A stretch of 64,000 nucleotides of DNA from a virus: IMG/VR virus record IMGVR_UViG_3300036766_000416, positions 32,001 through 96,000 of that record. The stretch is one strand, 5' to 3'. This document shows positions 62,827-64,000 of the stretch, piece after piece. The notes under the pieces were generated by a model. That model saw nothing but the letters and a program-made list of their open reading frames with translations. It was not told where the DNA came from and ran no database searches. Within the stretch, counting starts at the first letter, position 1; each line of letters starts with the position of its first letter. The translations under genes and the position numbers were made by a program.

Positions 62827-64000
62827 AAAGAAACCCAACGCCTTCAGCTTCAAGGTCAAGCCGGTACCCAATGGATTCTATCTCAAGAATCCAAAACTCA
62901 AGCAGGTCGGCGTCAAGGTGCCGTTCACTCAAGAGCAGGTGTCTGAATGGGTGAAGTGCAGCCAGGACCCGGTGTATTTCATCAAGAAATACTGCAAGAT
63001 CGTTCATGTCGATAAAGGTGTCATACCCTTTGACATGTGGGACTTCCAGGAAAAAATTATTGAGACCTACTTCTGCGAGCGCAAGGTCATCGTCAAGCTC
63101 CCTCGTCAGATGGGGAAATCGACGGCCACCGCGGCCTTCTTCGTGTGGTACATCCTGTTCAACAACAACAAGGTCTGTGCAATCCTCGCCAACAAGGCCG
63201 AGATGGCCCAAGAAATTCTAGGTCGCCTCAAGTTCATGTATGAATTTATTCCACTGTGGCTCCAACAGGGTATCGCTGAGTGGAACAAACGGTCGATCAC
63301 CCTGGAGAACGGTTCGCGTATCCTCGCTGCAGCGACGAGTTCGAGTGCCATTCGAGGTTACTCGCTGTCTATCGTGTTTCTCGACGAATTCGCGCACGTA
63401 CCCAACAACATCGCCGAGGACTTCTTCACCTCCATCTACCCCACGATTTCATCGGGAAAGGACACCAAGATTCTGATTGCCTCAACGCCGTTTGGGATGA
63501 ACCATTACTATAAATTCTGGACCGAAGCGACCAGTGGAGCCAACGACTTCATACCCATCATGTACCCATGGAATGCGGTGCCTACTCGTGACGAAGCCTG
63601 GTTCAAGGAACAGCAGCGAGCCCTGGGGCCCGTCAAGTTCCGGCAAGAGGTGCTCTGTGAATTTTTGGGTTCATCTGGTACCCTTATCTCAGGTGAAAAG
63701 TTGGCCGCACTGGCCATGACACAACCCATCTACACTGAGGACGACTGGAGTGTCTACGAGCACCCACAAGAAAACCGAACTTACGTGATTGCCTGTGACC
63801 CTGCGAGAGGACTGGACCAAGATGCCTCAGCATTCTGGGTCATAGACATCACCAACATACCCTACAGGTGTGTCGCCCGCTACAAGAGCCACACGGTGTC
63901 ACCGATCATCCTACCTAACTTTCTCTACAACGCGGCCGTTAGGTACAACCATGCATTCATTCTCGTGGAGATCAATGACAACGGGCAACAGGTAGTCGAC
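62810..64000 (+). CDS. 17: Terminase large subunit gp17 (5' part, runs off the window)
   Basis: ATG 62810. YLKNPKLK; KCSQDPVYF; Walker A KLPRQMGKST; ILANKAEMA; ENGS; Walker B VFLDEFA; IASTP; FRQE..CEFLGS; CDPARG..D. Absent from the ORF track only because there is no stop in the window. Confidence 0.97.
   Translation, partial: MQPTPKKKPNAFSFKVKPVPNGFYLKNPKLKQVGVKVPFTQEQVSEWVKCSQDPVYFIKKYCKIVHVDKGVIPFDMWDFQEKIIETYFCERKVIVKLPRQMGKSTATAAFFVWYILFNNNKVCAILANKAEMAQEILGRLKFMYEFIPLWLQQGIAEWNKRSITLENGSRILAAATSSSAIRGYSLSIVFLDEFAHVPNNIAEDFFTSIYPTISSGKDTKILIASTPFGMNHYYKFWTEATSGANDFIPIMYPWNAVPTRDEAWFKEQQRALGPVKFRQEVLCEFLGSSGTLISGEKLAALAMTQPIYTEDDWSVYEHPQENRTYVIACDPARGLDQDASAFWVIDITNIPYRCVARYKSHTVSPIILPNFLYNAAVRYNHAFILVEINDNGQQVVD

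Noticed and set aside
1-64000. Stop-codon reassignment, tRNA or rRNA genes
   Set aside because: TAA, TAG and TGA all end conserved genes at their expected lengths. Intergenic gaps are too short, and no cloverleaf or rRNA motif was seen.

Overview
The window is a fragment of a large T4-like (Tevenvirinae/cyanophage-style) myovirus genome read in the standard genetic code. It opens with a replication and late-transcription block (PD-(D/E)XK exonuclease, SleB-type wall hydrolase, dsbA-33-59-32). A short minus-strand pair follows (tape-measure-like gene, gp4), then a long plus-strand morphogenesis region: 48, 54, 26/51, 2, 53, 27-like, 5, PAAR, 25, 6, 7, 8, a DUF4815/VrlC-like protein, about 27 kb of fibre and receptor-binding genes, and 13, 14, 15, 16 and the 5' part of 17. 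Seven free-standing homing endonuclease genes (5 GIY-YIG, one of them frameshifted; 2 HNH) sit between core genes, and an iscU-iscA/erpA pair lies between neck genes 13 and 14. The most notable observations are: (1) a canonical -1 ribosomal frameshift signal (T TTT TTC, 8-nt spacer, long hairpin) joining gp26 to an ATG-less gp51; (2) gp4 fused in frame to a homing-endonuclease-like Zn/basic domain, with its own RBS kept internally; (3) a 3686-aa repeat fibre followed by adaptor-bearing genes, three of which encode 6-blade propeller-like domains with a fixed scaffold and hypervariable loops; (4) several late promoters only 5-9 nt from an ATG, suggesting leaderless mRNAs. All family assignments come from motif recognition and synteny. 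No database search was run.
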